Below are positions 45,234 to 55,844 of a stretch of DNA of 64,000 bases, piece by piece. The notes beneath the pieces were generated by a model. It was not told the origin of the DNA and searched no databases. It was given only the letters and a program-made list of their open reading frames with translations. The stretch comes from Dehalococcoidia bacterium (GTDB lineage Bacteria; Chloroflexota; Dehalococcoidia; UBA2979), in the NCBI GenBank assembly GCA_965262725.1, contig OZ253555.1, positions 2,144,001 to 2,208,000 of the forward strand, read 5' to 3'. The position numbers and the translations under genes are program-made. Position 1 is the first letter of the stretch; every line of letters starts with the position of its first letter.

Positions 45234-48217
45234 CGCTTGAGCCAGTCCGCCACCGCGGGAGCGATCGCTTCGGCTGAGAGCTCCCGCCGCTCGCAGTCGG
45301 GGAGTGCGCCGAGGAACGAGGCGCCGTAGCCCCGCGTGGTGAGGCGGCCGTCGAGCACCAGGAAGACGCCGCGCTCCCCCGGGCCGCGGATCAGACGCCC
45401 GAAGCCCTGGCGGAAGCGCAGCACCGCCTGCGGGAGCACGTACTCCGTGAAGGGGTCGTCGTACTGCTCCGAGCGGCCGGCGTGGACGGGATCGGTCGGG
45501 ACGGGGAACGGGAGGCGCGCCATCACCAGCAGCTGCAGCGCGTCGCCGCGCACGTCCACGCCCTCCCACAGTGCCGCCGTCCCCAGGACCAGCGTGCGCG
45601 GCTGCGTGCGGAGCTGCCGGAGCAGCTGATCGGGCGACCCGTCGACTCCCTGCGCGAGCACGGAGATGCCCGAGGCCGCGAGCACGGGGCGGAGCGCCCG
45701 CCCGGCGGCGCGCAGCGCCGCGTGCGAGGTGAAGAGGGCGAGCGTCCGCCCGCCGGCCGCCTCCGTCGCCTCGGCGAGCACGCGCCAGGCCGACTCCTCG
45801 TAGTCGGGCGACCCCGGCTCCGCGATCTCCTCTATGTGGAGCGCCAGCACGGCGCGGCGGTAGTCGAAGGGGGAGGGGATGGCGAGCGTCTCGGGACCGC
45901 TCTCCCAGGAGCCCCGGAGCCCGAGCCGGCGCGCCGAGAACGCGAAGGGATCGGTCTCGCCCTCCGGCCGCCCCTCCACGACCGGGGGATCGGCCCGGCT
46001 CCCGCGGCCGCGCGCACGGCGACTGGGAGTGCGGGGAGTCGCGAGCGTGGCGCTCGTGGCGATCACGGTGTCGCAGTCGTCGTAGAGGTCGCGCGCGAGC
46101 GCCTCCCCGACGTCGAGCGGGGCGAGCTCGAGCCGTGTCTGGAGGGGCCGCGGGCCTCCCGCCTGATCCGGCGCCGCGGCCCAGACAACGGCGCCCGCCT
46201 CCGCCGAGAGCACCGTGCGAGCGAGGGTCTCGCGGCGCTCCGCGAGGGCCGCCGCCGAGCGCTCCAGCGCGGCGCGCACCCCCTCCTGGTCGGGAATCGC
46301 CCCGGCGGGCAGCTGCTCGACGGCGAGCACCGCCTCGGTGAGCCGGCGGCCGACGCCGCCGAGCGCGATGTCCAGGTCGAGCGCCGCCCCCTCGGACTCC
46401 TCCCACGGGTGGAGTCCGCGGCGGCCGGGCGTGATGGCGGCGACGAGCTCGGCCGAGACGCCCCCCGCGGCCGGCTCGGAGAAGGTGGCGAGGAACGCCG
46501 AGAGCGCCTCCCCGAGCGGGGCGAGCTGCGTGGCGGCGGCCGTGCAGGCGCGCCTGAGATCGCGCGCGACGCCCTCGAGCGCCGCCGCCGGCGCGAGCGG
46601 CTGATCGCCCGGCGGGCGCACCGCGTGCTCGAGCGGGGCTGCGAGGCCGCGTGGCCCGCGGGGGTCGAGGAGCTCGGCGAGCTCTGCGAGCGCGAGGCGG
46701 GCCCCGTACTGCTGCGTCGCCACCTCCTCCAGGCGGTGCGCCTCGTCGATGACGAGGCGGCGGAACGGAGGGATCGCCTGCTCCCCCACGCTCGCCGCGG
46801 CGAGCAGCAGGGCGTGGTTCACGACCACGACGTGGGAGGCGTGCGCTCGCTGGCGGGCGCGCAGCAGGAAGCAGCTGCCGTCGCGGACGTAGGCGCAGCG
46901 GCGCGAGAGGCAGTCGACGCCCTCGCTGGAGAGCTGCCGCCAGCGGCGGCGGTCGCCGCGGCGGAGTGCGAGCTCGGCCACGTCCCCGCTCTCGCTGGTG
47001 GGGAGCCAGAGCGCGATCTGGGCGAGGAAGCGCGCCTCCTCCTCGTCGAGCGGCGCCTGCGCCTCCCGCGCCTCGACCCAGCGTTCGCGGCAGAGATAGT
47101 TGGCCCGTCCCTTCAGGACGGCCCAGCGGAGCGGACCGGCTCCCGGGCCGCCCGCCTCGTCGTCGAGCGCCGCCGCGCGCTCCACGAGGGCGGCCGCCCG
47201 CGGGAGCTCGCGCTCCGCGAGCTGCTCCTGGAGGTTGAGGGTGTGCGTCGAGATCACGGCGCGGTCGCCCGAGCGGCGCGCGTGGGCGAGCGCCGGGATC
47301 AGGTAGGCGAGCGACTTCCCGGTCCCGGTTCCCGACTCGACGAGGATGCGACCACCCCGGGCGAAGCCCTCGCGCACCGCCTCGGCCATCTGCTGCTGCC
47401 CCGCGCGCGGCTCGTAGCCCGGCAGCAGCCCGGGCGTCCGCTCCGCGAGGGCGAAGAGCCGCGCGAGCGTGCCGGTGCCGAGCGGTTCCCAGTCCTCGAT
47501 CGGCTCGATCGGAGGCGCCGGACGGGCCGCGGGGGCCGTGCCGGTGTGTGAGGCCGCGTCGCCAACCCCGGCCGCGTCGGTCGCCGCGGCCTCCGCGGCG
47601 AGCTCGAAGAGTCGCCGGGCCGGCCATCCCGCGCGCGCAGCGAGGTGCGCGAGGTCGAGCAGCAGCGTGCGCGGGAGCGCGTCGAGTTCGTCCAGCAGCC
47701 TCAGGAAGACGTCACGCGTCGCCTCGGCATCCGCCAGGGCGCGGTGCGGCCGGGCGTTCGAGACGCCGAAGTGAGCGGCGAGAGCCGCGAGGGAGAGGCG
47801 GGGATTCCTCGGCAGCAGCACCGCCGCGAGGTCGTGCGTGTCGTGGACCTCCCCCGGAAGCTCGAGCCCGGCCGCGCGCAGGAAGCCCAGGTCGAAGCCG
47901 ACGCTCTGCCCGACGATCGGGAGCCCCCCGCAGAAGGCGCGCAGCTCCTCCATCACCGTCCGCGCCGCGGGCTCGCCGGCGACATCGGAGTCGCCGATGC
48001 CCGTCAGCTCGCGGATCTCTTCGGGGATGGGACGGCCGGGATCGACGAGGCTCTCGAACGCCTCGGCGCGGCCCGAGCGGTCAAAGCGGGTCGCGCCGAC
48101 ATCGATGATGCGGTCGGTGGCGGCGTCGAATCCGGTCGTCTCGAGGTCGATGGCGACGAAGACGGGCCCCGCCCCTGCGCTGCGGGACGTCCGGGCTGCC
48201 GGCGCCGGGGGCCGCAC
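45230..48217 (-). CDS. dinG: DnaQ-type 3'-5' exonuclease fused to a DinG-family helicase
   Basis: DLETTG, FDLGFL, HRALADA; GTGTGKS, KGRANYLC, DEAH, WEGVD, QGFGRLIR. Start approximate. Confidence 0.92.
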   Translation of the reverse strand: MRPPAPAARTSRSAGAGPVFVAIDLETTGFDAATDRIIDVGATRFDRSGRAEAFESLVDPGRPIPEEIRELTGIGDSDVAGEPAARTVMEELRAFCGGLPIVGQSVGFDLGFLRAAGLELPGEVHDTHDLAAVLLPRNPRLSLAALAAHFGVSNARPHRALADAEATRDVFLRLLDELDALPRTLLLDLAHLAARAGWPARRLFELAAEAAATDAAGVGDAASHTGTAPAARPAPPIEPIEDWEPLGTGTLARLFALAERTPGLLPGYEPRAGQQQMAEAVREGFARGGRILVESGTGTGKSLAYLIPALAHARRSGDRAVISTHTLNLQEQLAERELPRAAALVERAAALDDEAGGPGAGPLRWAVLKGRANYLCRERWVEAREAQAPLDEEEARFLAQIALWLPTSESGDVAELALRRGDRRRWRQLSSEGVDCLSRRCAYVRDGSCFLLRARQRAHASHVVVVNHALLLAAASVGEQAIPPFRRLVIDEAHRLEEVATQQYGARLALAELAELLDPRGPRGLAAPLEHAVRPPGDQPLAPAAALEGVARDLRRACTAAATQLAPLGEALSAFLATFSEPAAGGVSAELVAAITPGRRGLHPWEESEGAALDLDIALGGVGRRLTEAVLAVEQLPAGAIPDQEGVRAALERSAAALAERRETLARTVLSAEAGAVVWAAAPDQAGGPRPLQTRLELAPLDVGEALARDLYDDCDTVIATSATLATPRTPSRRARGRGSRADPPVVEGRPEGETDPFAFSARRLGLRGSWESGPETLAIPSPFDYRRAVLALHIEEIAEPGSPDYEESAWRVLAEATEAAGGRTLALFTSHAALRAAGRALRPVLAASGISVLAQGVDGSPDQLLRQLRTQPRTLVLGTAALWEGVDVRGDALQLLVMARLPFPVPTDPVHAGRSEQYDDPFTEYVLPQAVLRFRQGFGRLIRGPGERGVFLVLDGRLTTRGYGASFLGALPDCERRELSAEAIAPAVADWLKR

Positions 48218-48218
48218 G

Positions 48219-48995
48219 CTACGTGCCCGGGGCTTCCGCGCCCTCTGCGGCCTCGATGCTCCCGGGCTCGAAGCGCACGAGCCGGCCGTGAGCGGTGCGG
48301 TGCACCGCGTGGAAGCGGTAGGCACGGAGCTCCTCGAGCAACCCCGCGGGGTCCGCGACGGGGCGTTCGAAGCCGGTCGCGAAGTAGCCGATGCCGCTGT
48401 CGGAGTGCGCGTCGCTCCCGCCGGTGCCCGGCACGCCGCGCACGCGCGCCACCTCCGCCGCGAAGTAGTTCTCGCGCGGCGTGTTGCAGGCGTTGGCGAT
48501 CTCGATGGCGTCGACGAGCTTGAAGACGGGAAGCTCGGCGGCCTGCTCGGGCGTGAGGGTGAAGGGCGCCCCGCCCGTGCGCATCGCCGTCACCGGATCG
48601 AAGACGTGCCGGAAGGGGTGGGCGACGATGAGGAAGCCGCCGACGCGGTCGGCGGCTGCGCGCAGCCGCTCCGCGCGGTGGATACCGCTCTCGTACTCCG
48701 GGAGCCCGATGGCGAGGATGTGGCCGAGGTCGGTGGAGACCTCCATCCCGAAGTGGGCGAAGAAGCCGGGGTGCGCCTCACGGTACTCCGCCTGGCGGTG
48801 GCGATCCCAGACCTGATCGTGCTCGCTGATGTTGATGCCGCTGAGCCCGCTGGTCCGGGCGAGCTCGGGCAGCTCGTCCGGATCGAGCATCGAGTCGGAG
48901 GAGGCGCCGCGACTGTGGAGGTGCATGTCGATCACGGATGCATCGAAGCCGTCCTGGAGGGAGAACGGTCGGGAGGCCGGATCGGTGGAAGCCAC
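48219..48995 (-). CDS. PHP-domain metallophosphoesterase
   Basis: DMHLHS, ISEHD, GMEVST, AHPFR, GGSDAH. Confidence 0.9.
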   Translation of the reverse strand: MASTDPASRPFSLQDGFDASVIDMHLHSRGASSDSMLDPDELPELARTSGLSGINISEHDQVWDRHRQAEYREAHPGFFAHFGMEVSTDLGHILAIGLPEYESGIHRAERLRAAADRVGGFLIVAHPFRHVFDPVTAMRTGGAPFTLTPEQAAELPVFKLVDAIEIANACNTPRENYFAAEVARVRGVPGTGGSDAHSDSGIGYFATGFERPVADPAGLLEELRAYRFHAVHRTAHGRLVRFEPGSIEAAEGAEAPGT

Positions 48996-49059
48996 ACGGC
49001 GAGGATACGGAACGCCGGGGACGCGGGCCAGCAGCGGCGGCGGCGCGGCGCCGAGCGGA

Positions 49060-49314
49060 GTAGCTGGCGACGTCCGTGCGAGCGGGGGGCCGTCGGGCCT
49101 GGCTCATCTCGCGTGTGCCGGCCTCGCCGTCTCCCCTGAAGAGCCCGATGGCGAGCAGCACGAACCAGAGGTCGATGGTGACGATGACGAGGATCCGCGC
49201 GGCGTCGACATCGAGATCGTGGACCTGCCCGCGGATGATGGCGGCGGCGGCCCCCGCGAGGCCCGCCGCGGCCGCGAGGCGCACCGTCAGGCGGAGCCCG
49301 CGCCCGGGCAGCAC
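49060..49314 (-). other. Possible small membrane protein or fragment
   Basis: Two hydrophobic stretches (LAAAAGLAGAAAAII; ILVIVTIDLWFVLLAIGLF); the frame runs into the PHP gene, so the ends are unclear. Confidence 0.25.
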
Positions 49315-49407
49315 GAGTCGGGCGATGAGGCTCGGTGAGCGCTCTGCCCGAACCAGGGGCGGATCACGGGCCCTGCGCCGGAGGTTGCGGTGTGACCCCT
49401 GGAGCGA

Positions 49408-50127
49408 TCAGTCCAGCGTCTCGAGCCACGCGGGCAGGGCGGCGAGCGAGGGAATGGATGGAGTGCCGGGAGGCGCTTCCCCGGAGCCGACGAGGACGGT
49501 GCGGGCTCCCACGTTCTGGGCCGCGGCGACGAACTCGGGCGTGTCATCGAGCACGAGGGCATCGGCCGGGTTGACCGCGGCGATCATGAAGGCCCTCGCG
49601 TAGTACGCCGCGGCGGGCTTCATGGCGTTGACCAGGTCGGCGCCGAAGAGGATACCGAAGCGGTCGACGATGCCCATCACCGACAGGTAGCCCTGCATCT
49701 CCCAGGACGTCTGGTTCGAGGCGGTGTGGAGCGTGTAGCCGGCCTCGGTCAGTGCGGCGACCGTCTCGCCGACCCGGGGGTACGCGCCCTGCACCCTGCT
49801 GGTGATGTAGGTCATCGCCTCGCGGGCGAGGTCGGCGCACTCCCTGCCTTCGGGTGGAGTGATGCCCATGTACTCGCACATGGCGGTGATCCACGCCCTC
49901 TCGTACGCGCGCTCGCCCTCCAGGTAACGGTCGGGGATCGCCATGACCTGCCTGTAAGCCTCGAAGATCGGCGGGAACATCACGCGGTTCGCCTCGGCCC
50001 AGGCCCGGGACTCGCCGCCGAGGCGCGACGGGAAGAACTCGCCGACCAGTCGGCGCCACTCCGGACCCCGCCGCGTGTTGTCGCTCAGGACGCCGCCGTC
50101 GTCGAGGAAGATCGTGAGGTCGGGCAC
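49408..50127 (-). CDS. HAD-family hydrolase
   Basis: IFLDDGGVLSD, TASN, MKP, LDD. Confidence 0.85.
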   Translation of the reverse strand: MPDLTIFLDDGGVLSDNTRRGPEWRRLVGEFFPSRLGGESRAWAEANRVMFPPIFEAYRQVMAIPDRYLEGERAYERAWITAMCEYMGITPPEGRECADLAREAMTYITSRVQGAYPRVGETVAALTEAGYTLHTASNQTSWEMQGYLSVMGIVDRFGILFGADLVNAMKPAAAYYARAFMIAAVNPADALVLDDTPEFVAAAQNVGARTVLVGSGEAPPGTPSIPSLAALPAWLETLD

Positions 50128-50198
50128 GCCGCGATCGTGGAGTCCGGCGCGGGCACGGGCAAGTATCGATATGCTGCTCCGCGCACGGGAGGCGCGCG

Positions 50199-50573
50199 AT
50201 GACAGTTCACATCCTCAGATCGGACGACGGGGAGACGGTAGAGCGGACGGACGCCCCCATTTTCGAGGGCGGCCGCGTGTGGGGGCGGTCGCTGACGGGT
50301 TCCCACTCGACGCACGTGAGCGTGCAGGTCGTGCAGTTCGGGGCGGGCGCGCGGGCCGGGTGGCACCGGCACACCAGCGACCAGGTGCTCTACGTCGTCT
50401 CAGGGATCGGCAAGGTGGGGGATCGCGAGGGCGAGCACGTGATCAGCGCGGGCGACTGCGCGGTGGTCCCGGCGGGGGAGGATCACTGGCACGGCGCGCA
50501 CGACACGGGCTCGCCGATGTCGCATCTCTCGATCATGCGGGAAGGGTCGGAGACAACGGTCCTGGACTCGTAG
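50199..50573 (+). CDS. Cupin-domain protein
   Basis: WHRHTSDQVL, PAGEDHWHGA. Confidence 0.88.
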   Translation: MTVHILRSDDGETVERTDAPIFEGGRVWGRSLTGSHSTHVSVQVVQFGAGARAGWHRHTSDQVLYVVSGIGKVGDREGEHVISAGDCAVVPAGEDHWHGAHDTGSPMSHLSIMREGSETTVLDS

Positions 50574-50654
50574 ACGCGGGCGTCGGCCCGGAGCAGGTTC
50601 GCCGGCGCCCCGCCTCGCCCTGGGCGCCAGCGCCCCGACGGGGGTCCCCGTGGC

Positions 50655-51128
50655 TCAGCACGCGGTCAGGTAGTCATCCCCGTCAAAGAGTTCGTTGGCG
50701 CGCTGGACCTCCCGCACGTAGCAGGTGATCCTCCGCACGTCGTCCTCCGAGAGGCCGGTGACGGGGGGCATGTCCCCGAACGACCAGTGGTGCTGCGGCA
50801 CTCCGTTACGCACCGCGTTCACGATACTGAAGTCCGCGTGGTGCCCCGGGTGGTAGATCCTGCTGATGAACGTCGGTCCCTGGCTGGTGCCGGTCGCGCC
50901 CGTCCCGTGACAGGCCGCGCAGCTCGCATTGAAGAGTTCCTCGCCCGCACGGGCCGTCTCGGACTGCTCATACACCCTGACCGGGGGGGCCTCTTCGCGC
51001 CCGCGCGATTCCGTGGTGCCGCCCTGGGACGCGCTCTCCTCCCCGCATCCGATCATCGTGAGCAGAACGAAGGCCGCGACCGCGACCAGGGCAGGGAGTC
51101 GGTTGCGCCCGCGCCCGCGTCTCGTCAT
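50655..51128 (-). CDS. Lipoprotein cytochrome c
   Basis: IGC lipobox; CAACH; HHWSFGDMP. Confidence 0.88.
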   Translation of the reverse strand: MTRRGRGRNRLPALVAVAAFVLLTMIGCGEESASQGGTTESRGREEAPPVRVYEQSETARAGEELFNASCAACHGTGATGTSQGPTFISRIYHPGHHADFSIVNAVRNGVPQHHWSFGDMPPVTGLSEDDVRRITCYVREVQRANELFDGDDYLTAC

Positions 51129-51150
51129 GGGCGGGGATTCCTTCGCGGCC

Positions 51151-52518
51151 TCAGTCGAGGAGCGCGCGACCGAGGCGCGCCGCGTCCCCGCGCAACGTGT
51201 CGCTGACGACGACATCATACGGTCGGTCGGCCGCAGGGAGCCCGCGCACGCGGTCTGGCAGACGCGCGATCTCCGATGCCGCCCGCTCGCGTGCGCGCTG
51301 AAGCGACTCCCCACCCGCCGCCAGCCGCCTCCCGCCCCGCATCACCGGCACGAGCAGCGGGTCTCCCTCGTGGTGCTCATCCGCCCGGGCGAGGATGTCC
51401 CGCGCAGGGGTGCCGGATGCGCCCCGCTGCCGGAACACCTGCTTGCGCCCGGGGAGCGTCTCCTTGCCGGTGGAGCGCTTGATCCGCCCCTCGCCGTCGT
51501 AGGCCGCCAGCTTGTAGACCGCGTCGAAGGTCGGCGCGTCGGCGGAGGTCACCGCGTGTGTCCCGACGCCGAAGGCGTCGATCGGCGCGCCCGAGTCGAC
51601 GAGCTCCGCGATCCCCTGCTCGTCGAGGCCGCCGCTCGCGATGATGCGCACCGAGACGAGCCCCGCGGCGTCGAGCAGGCGCCGCGCCCCGACCGCGAGC
51701 TCCGCGAGCGGCTCCGAGTCGAGCCGGATGGCGCGCACGCGGAACGCGTCACCGAGCTCCCGCGCGAGCTCGATCACCGCCCGCACGCCTGCGAGCGTGT
51801 CGTACGTGTCGACGAGCAGCGTGGTCTCGGGGTGCGTCGCCACGAAGTCGCGGAACGCCGTGAGGTCGTCGCCGTGCACCTGGATGTAGCTGTGCGCCAT
51901 CGTGCCGGTCACCGGGATGCCGTACCGGGCCCCGGCAGCCACGCTCGAGGTCGAGGCCATGCCGGCGATGTAGAGGGCGCGCGCCGCGAGCAGCCCCGCC
52001 TCGGTCCCGTGGGCGCGGCGCCCGCCGAAGTCGGCGACCGGCCGCCCGGCCGCCGCCGTCACGATGCGCGCGCCCTTCGAGGCGACCAGCGTCTGGAAGT
52101 GCAGCTGGTTGATGAGGTAGGTCTCGACCACCTGCGCCTCCGCCATCGGCGCCTCCACCACGAGCAGGGGCTCGCCCGCGAAGGCCGGCGTCCCCTCGGG
52201 CATCGCGTGTACGTCGCCGGTGAATCGGAGCTCCCCGAGCCAGTCGAGGAAGGGGGCGGGGAAGCCGAGTCCCTCCAGCGCGGCGAGGGCGTCGGGCCCG
52301 AACCGAAGCCGCTCGAGGTAGGCGAGGGCCGAGTCGAGCCCGCACGCGAGGAGGTAGTTGCGCCCCCCGGGCAGGGTCCGCGCGTAGAGCTCGAACGTCG
52401 CGGGCGCCCGCAGGCCTCGCTCCCGGTAGGACTGGAGCATCGTCAGCTCGTAGAGGTCGGTGTAGAGCGCGGGGTCGCTGCCTCCCGCGTCCGCCCGAGC
52501 ACCGCCGTTGGGACTCAC
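51151..52518 (-). CDS. pncB: Nicotinate phosphoribosyltransferase
   Basis: TDLYELTM, DFGGRRAHG, GTMAHS, LVDTYDT, RLDS, ASGGLDE, VYKL. Confidence 0.95.
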   Translation of the reverse strand: MSPNGGARADAGGSDPALYTDLYELTMLQSYRERGLRAPATFELYARTLPGGRNYLLACGLDSALAYLERLRFGPDALAALEGLGFPAPFLDWLGELRFTGDVHAMPEGTPAFAGEPLLVVEAPMAEAQVVETYLINQLHFQTLVASKGARIVTAAAGRPVADFGGRRAHGTEAGLLAARALYIAGMASTSSVAAGARYGIPVTGTMAHSYIQVHGDDLTAFRDFVATHPETTLLVDTYDTLAGVRAVIELARELGDAFRVRAIRLDSEPLAELAVGARRLLDAAGLVSVRIIASGGLDEQGIAELVDSGAPIDAFGVGTHAVTSADAPTFDAVYKLAAYDGEGRIKRSTGKETLPGRKQVFRQRGASGTPARDILARADEHHEGDPLLVPVMRGGRRLAAGGESLQRARERAASEIARLPDRVRGLPAADRPYDVVVSDTLRGDAARLGRALLD

Positions 52519-53102
52519 TCGAGGTGCGCGCCCGCCTCGCGCATCGCCGCGAGCGCCCGCTCCCCGTCACCGGGAGTCAGGTCGACGGCGCGGATCGCCT
52601 CGCGCAGCACCGTCGTCTCGAAGCCGAGCCGCACGGAGTCGAGGGCCGTCTCCCGCACGCAGTAGTCGGTGGCGAGCCCCGCCACGACCACTCTCTCGAC
52701 GCCGCGCTCGCGCAGCAGCCCCTCGAGCTCCGTCGGCACCTCCTCGCCCCGCTCGACGTCGCGCACGGTGAAGCCCGAGTAGCCGTCCTCGCCGCCGACG
52801 CCCTTGCGGATGCGGGGGGCGTCGGCCGGCGCTACCAGTTCGTCGTGGAGCCGCGCCCCCCAGGAGCCACCGACGCAGTGCACCGGCCAGATCCCGCCGT
52901 CCTGGGCGAAGTGCGGCGTGTGCTCCGGGTGCCAGTCCTGCGTGTAGGCGACGAGCGCGCCCGCCTCCTGTGCCCGCTCTATCTCGCGGTTGGCCGCCGC
53001 GATCGCCCCTGCGGCCCCCGCCACGTAGAGCGATCCGGCCGGGTCCGCGAAATCGTTCTGCACGTCGACAACGAGGAGGACCGTGCGCGTGCCGTACTCC
53101 AC
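52515..53102 (-). CDS. pncA: Nicotinamidase (isochorismatase family)
   Basis: VDVQNDF, TQDWHP, WPVHCV, GYSGF, GLATDYCV; coupled to pncB. Confidence 0.92.
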   Translation of the reverse strand: MEYGTRTVLLVVDVQNDFADPAGSLYVAGAAGAIAAANREIERAQEAGALVAYTQDWHPEHTPHFAQDGGIWPVHCVGGSWGARLHDELVAPADAPRIRKGVGGEDGYSGFTVRDVERGEEVPTELEGLLRERGVERVVVAGLATDYCVRETALDSVRLGFETTVLREAIRAVDLTPGDGERALAAMREAGAHLE

Positions 53103-53188
53103 CGCGGGCCCCTCCCCGGTCGCTGCAGCCGCAGGGTATACGGACCGGCCCACCCTCGACACCGCGGCCGAGGCGGGCGGGACCGGGG

Positions 53189-53614
53189 CTACCCGGCGGC
53201 CGCCAGGTGCGGCAGAACCCAGCCGAACGCGAGCGCGGCGATAGCCCCCGTCTGCACCATCGGCGGCGTCACGCGACCGCGGACGATCCCGGCGAGCCCG
53301 AGCAGCGAGCCGACCGCGACGAGGACGCCGAGCGTGAAGAGGCCGTTCGGGCTGCCGAGCCCGTCGGCCGGCCGCTCCGACTCGGCGCGCAGGTAGGCCG
53401 CGCCCAGCACGAGCCCGGTCGCCGTCCACGCCAGGAGCAGCCCGTTCGCGGCGGCGGCTCCCAGGAGCGGCAGGGGCAGCCGCCGCCCGCCCGCCCGCCT
53501 CCGCCACTCCTCCGACCGCACGAGCGCTCGAAGCGCGACGACGGTGCTCGCAAGCGCCGCGCCGGCTCCGGCGATGAAGCCCCCGAGCAGCGCCGCGCCG
53601 GTCGTTCCGTCCAC
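53189..53614 (-). CDS. Hypothetical membrane protein
   Basis: Four hydrophobic segments; starts 3 bp after the ispE stop. Confidence 0.65.
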   Translation of the reverse strand: MDGTTGAALLGGFIAGAGAALASTVVALRALVRSEEWRRRAGGRRLPLPLLGAAAANGLLLAWTATGLVLGAAYLRAESERPADGLGSPNGLFTLGVLVAVGSLLGLAGIVRGRVTPPMVQTGAIAALAFGWVLPHLAAAG

Positions 53615-53617
53615 CGC

Positions 53618-54580
53618 TCAGGACCCGCGCGCGGTGGCAGTGCCGCTCTCCGCCGAGAGCGGCGGGAGCTCGCGCAGCTCGAGCGCGCCTGAGCGCCCCA
53701 GCGTGCGCGCGGGGAGGACGAGCGCGCCCCGCGCGCGGAACGACTCCGCCAGTTCCGAGCGCTTCGCCCGCTCGTGCACCAGCAGGTAGACGGCCGGTCC
53801 CGCGCCGCAGAGGTGAAGCGTGGGTGCGCCCGCTGCGCGGTAGGCGGCGTAGTGCGCGACGAGCTCGGCATCCGAGCGCTCGACGGAGGCCTCGAAGGCG
53901 TTGACGAGGTCCGCCGCTGGCGGCGGCGCGTGGCGGCGGAGCCGGTGAGCGAGGCGGCGGGAGCGCCCCCCGTCCGTGAAGTCGCGCTCGGTCAGCGCCG
54001 CGTAGCGCCGGGCTGTCTTTCCCGCAAGCGCCGGCACCGGCGGGAGCAGCACGAGCAGCGAGAGCGGCCGGAGGTCGGGAAGCGGCTCGACGCTCTCCCC
54101 CCGCCCGGTGGCGTGCGCGGCGCCGCCTGTGAGGAAGAAGGGCACGTCCGAGCCGAGTGCGGCCCCGAGCTGTGAGAGGCGCTCCCCGGGCCAGCCGAGC
54201 TCCCACAGCGCGTTCAGGCCGCGCAGCACGGAAGCGGCGTCCGAGGAGGCGCCCCCGAGACCGGCCGGCTGCGGGATGCGCTTCTCCACCTCGACGGCGA
54301 GGTCGGGAGAGCGGCCCGCGGCCGCCGCCATCGCGCGCGCCGCGGCTCCCGCGAGCTCGGTGGCCGGATCGATGCCGGAGGCGTGGGGGCCGACGAGGCG
54401 CACCGCGAGACCCGCGCCCCGGGGCTGCGGGTGGAGCCTGACGCGGTCGGCGAGGTCGATGGTGGTGAGCACCGTGTCGATCTCGTGGTAGCCGTCGTTC
54501 CGGGGGCCCAGGACCTCGAGCGCGAGGTTCACCTTCGCGGGCGCGACGAGCTCGACGCCCGCCCCGGCCCCAGCCGGCAT
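53618..54580 (-). CDS. ispE: 4-diphosphocytidyl-2-C-methyl-D-erythritol kinase
   Basis: APAKVNLAL, DGYHEI, KRIPQPAGLGGASSDAA, GSDVPFF. Confidence 0.95.
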   Translation of the reverse strand: MPAGAGAGVELVAPAKVNLALEVLGPRNDGYHEIDTVLTTIDLADRVRLHPQPRGAGLAVRLVGPHASGIDPATELAGAAARAMAAAAGRSPDLAVEVEKRIPQPAGLGGASSDAASVLRGLNALWELGWPGERLSQLGAALGSDVPFFLTGGAAHATGRGESVEPLPDLRPLSLLVLLPPVPALAGKTARRYAALTERDFTDGGRSRRLAHRLRRHAPPPAADLVNAFEASVERSDAELVAHYAAYRAAGAPTLHLCGAGPAVYLLVHERAKRSELAESFRARGALVLPARTLGRSGALELRELPPLSAESGTATARGS

Positions 54581-54581
54581 C

Positions 54582-55535
54582 TCAGCCGGCTCCCAGCGCC
54601 CGGGGGTGGCGCGCCATCAGCACCCGCAGCAGGCGCTCCCAGTCCGTGAGCGCCAGGTGCTGCGCCCGGAGCGAGGGCTCGAGCGCCGCCTCCTTGAGCG
54701 CCGCCTGCAGGAGGTCGGCCGGGAGTCCGAGCGCGGTGGGCAGGACGTTGTGGAGCTGCTTGCGCGGTGCGGAGAAGCCGGCCCGCAAGAGCGCGAGCAG
54801 CGCCTCGCGCTCCCCCGGCGCGAGCAGAAGCGGCGGCGTGGCCGAGCGCTCGACCCGCACCAGCGCCGAGTGCACCTTCGGCTGAGGCCAGAAGGCGGAG
54901 GGCGGCAGCTCGAGGACGACCTCGGCCTCGCCGTAGAGCCGCGTCGCGAGCGAGAGCAGCGACTCGCGCCCGACCCCGCCGACGATGCGGTGCGCGAGCT
55001 CGCGCTGCACGAGCACGACGACGCGATCGGGGGGCTCCTCTGCCTCCAGGAGCCGCCTGAGCACGGGTTGCGTGATGTAGTAGGGGAGATTCCCGACCGC
55101 CAGGTACGGCGGAGCAGCTCCCGCCTCGGCGAGGAGCTCCGGCGCCTCGAAGTCGAGCACGTTCGCGGCCAGCACCTCGAGCCGCTCGGAGGGGACGCGG
55201 CGCCGCGCCAGGTCGGCGAGCTCCTCGTCCAGCTCCACGGCGACGACGCGGCCCGTCAGCCCGACCCGCGCCACAAGCTCCGCGCTGAGGCCGCCGGGGC
55301 CGGCGCCCACCTCGAGCACGGTGTCGCCCGGCCGCACGCGGGCCGCCTCGGCGATCGCAGCGAGCGCCAGCTCGTCGACGAGGAAGTTCTGGCCGAGCGC
55401 CGCCCGCGGCCTGAGGCCGGCGCGGCGCAGCGCGGCCGGGATCTCACCGGGGACCTCGCCCCGGGTGGCTCGGCGCCGACGGCCGGCCGGCTCCTGCGGG
55501 CGCCGCGCACCCCCCGCGGGACGTGCGCCGCTCAT
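54582..55535 (-). CDS. rsmA: 16S rRNA adenine dimethyltransferase
   Basis: LGQNFL, EVGAGPG, GNLPYYIT, FWPQPKVHSA. Confidence 0.95.
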   Translation of the reverse strand: MSGARPAGGARRPQEPAGRRRRATRGEVPGEIPAALRRAGLRPRAALGQNFLVDELALAAIAEAARVRPGDTVLEVGAGPGGLSAELVARVGLTGRVVAVELDEELADLARRRVPSERLEVLAANVLDFEAPELLAEAGAAPPYLAVGNLPYYITQPVLRRLLEAEEPPDRVVVLVQRELAHRIVGGVGRESLLSLATRLYGEAEVVLELPPSAFWPQPKVHSALVRVERSATPPLLLAPGEREALLALLRAGFSAPRKQLHNVLPTALGLPADLLQAALKEAALEPSLRAQHLALTDWERLLRVLMARHPRALGAG

Positions 55536-55577
55536 CGCGGGTGCGCGCCGCCCCTCCCCGGCCGAGGGGCGGTCCAC

Positions 55578-55844
55578 GGTCGTGCCCCGCCGTCGAATCG
55601 CACCACGAGCATCTCCCCGTCCGGCAGCTCAAGCCCGGCACCCCTGCGGCACCCGATAGGACCGACGTACCGCTGCTTCCTTCCGGACCTGACGGGGTTG
55701 GCCGGGTATCGCCGCGCAGGACCAGACTCTCAACGCCGCCTCGCGGGGCGAGCGGCTCCTGATGTCGACCCTCGGGCGGGCATTCAGTCCCGCTGAAGCG
55801 GATTGCGGGTACAGGGCACCGCTAGCTCCCCACCTAGCACGACC
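55578..55844 (-). ncRNA. ffs: Signal recognition particle RNA, large bacterial type with Alu domain
   Basis: Minus strand: 5' ggtcgtgctaggtggggagctagcggtgccctgtacccgcaatccgc...; helix 8 gtcaggtccggaaggaagcagc; 3' gcacgacc pairs with the 5' end. Confidence 0.95.
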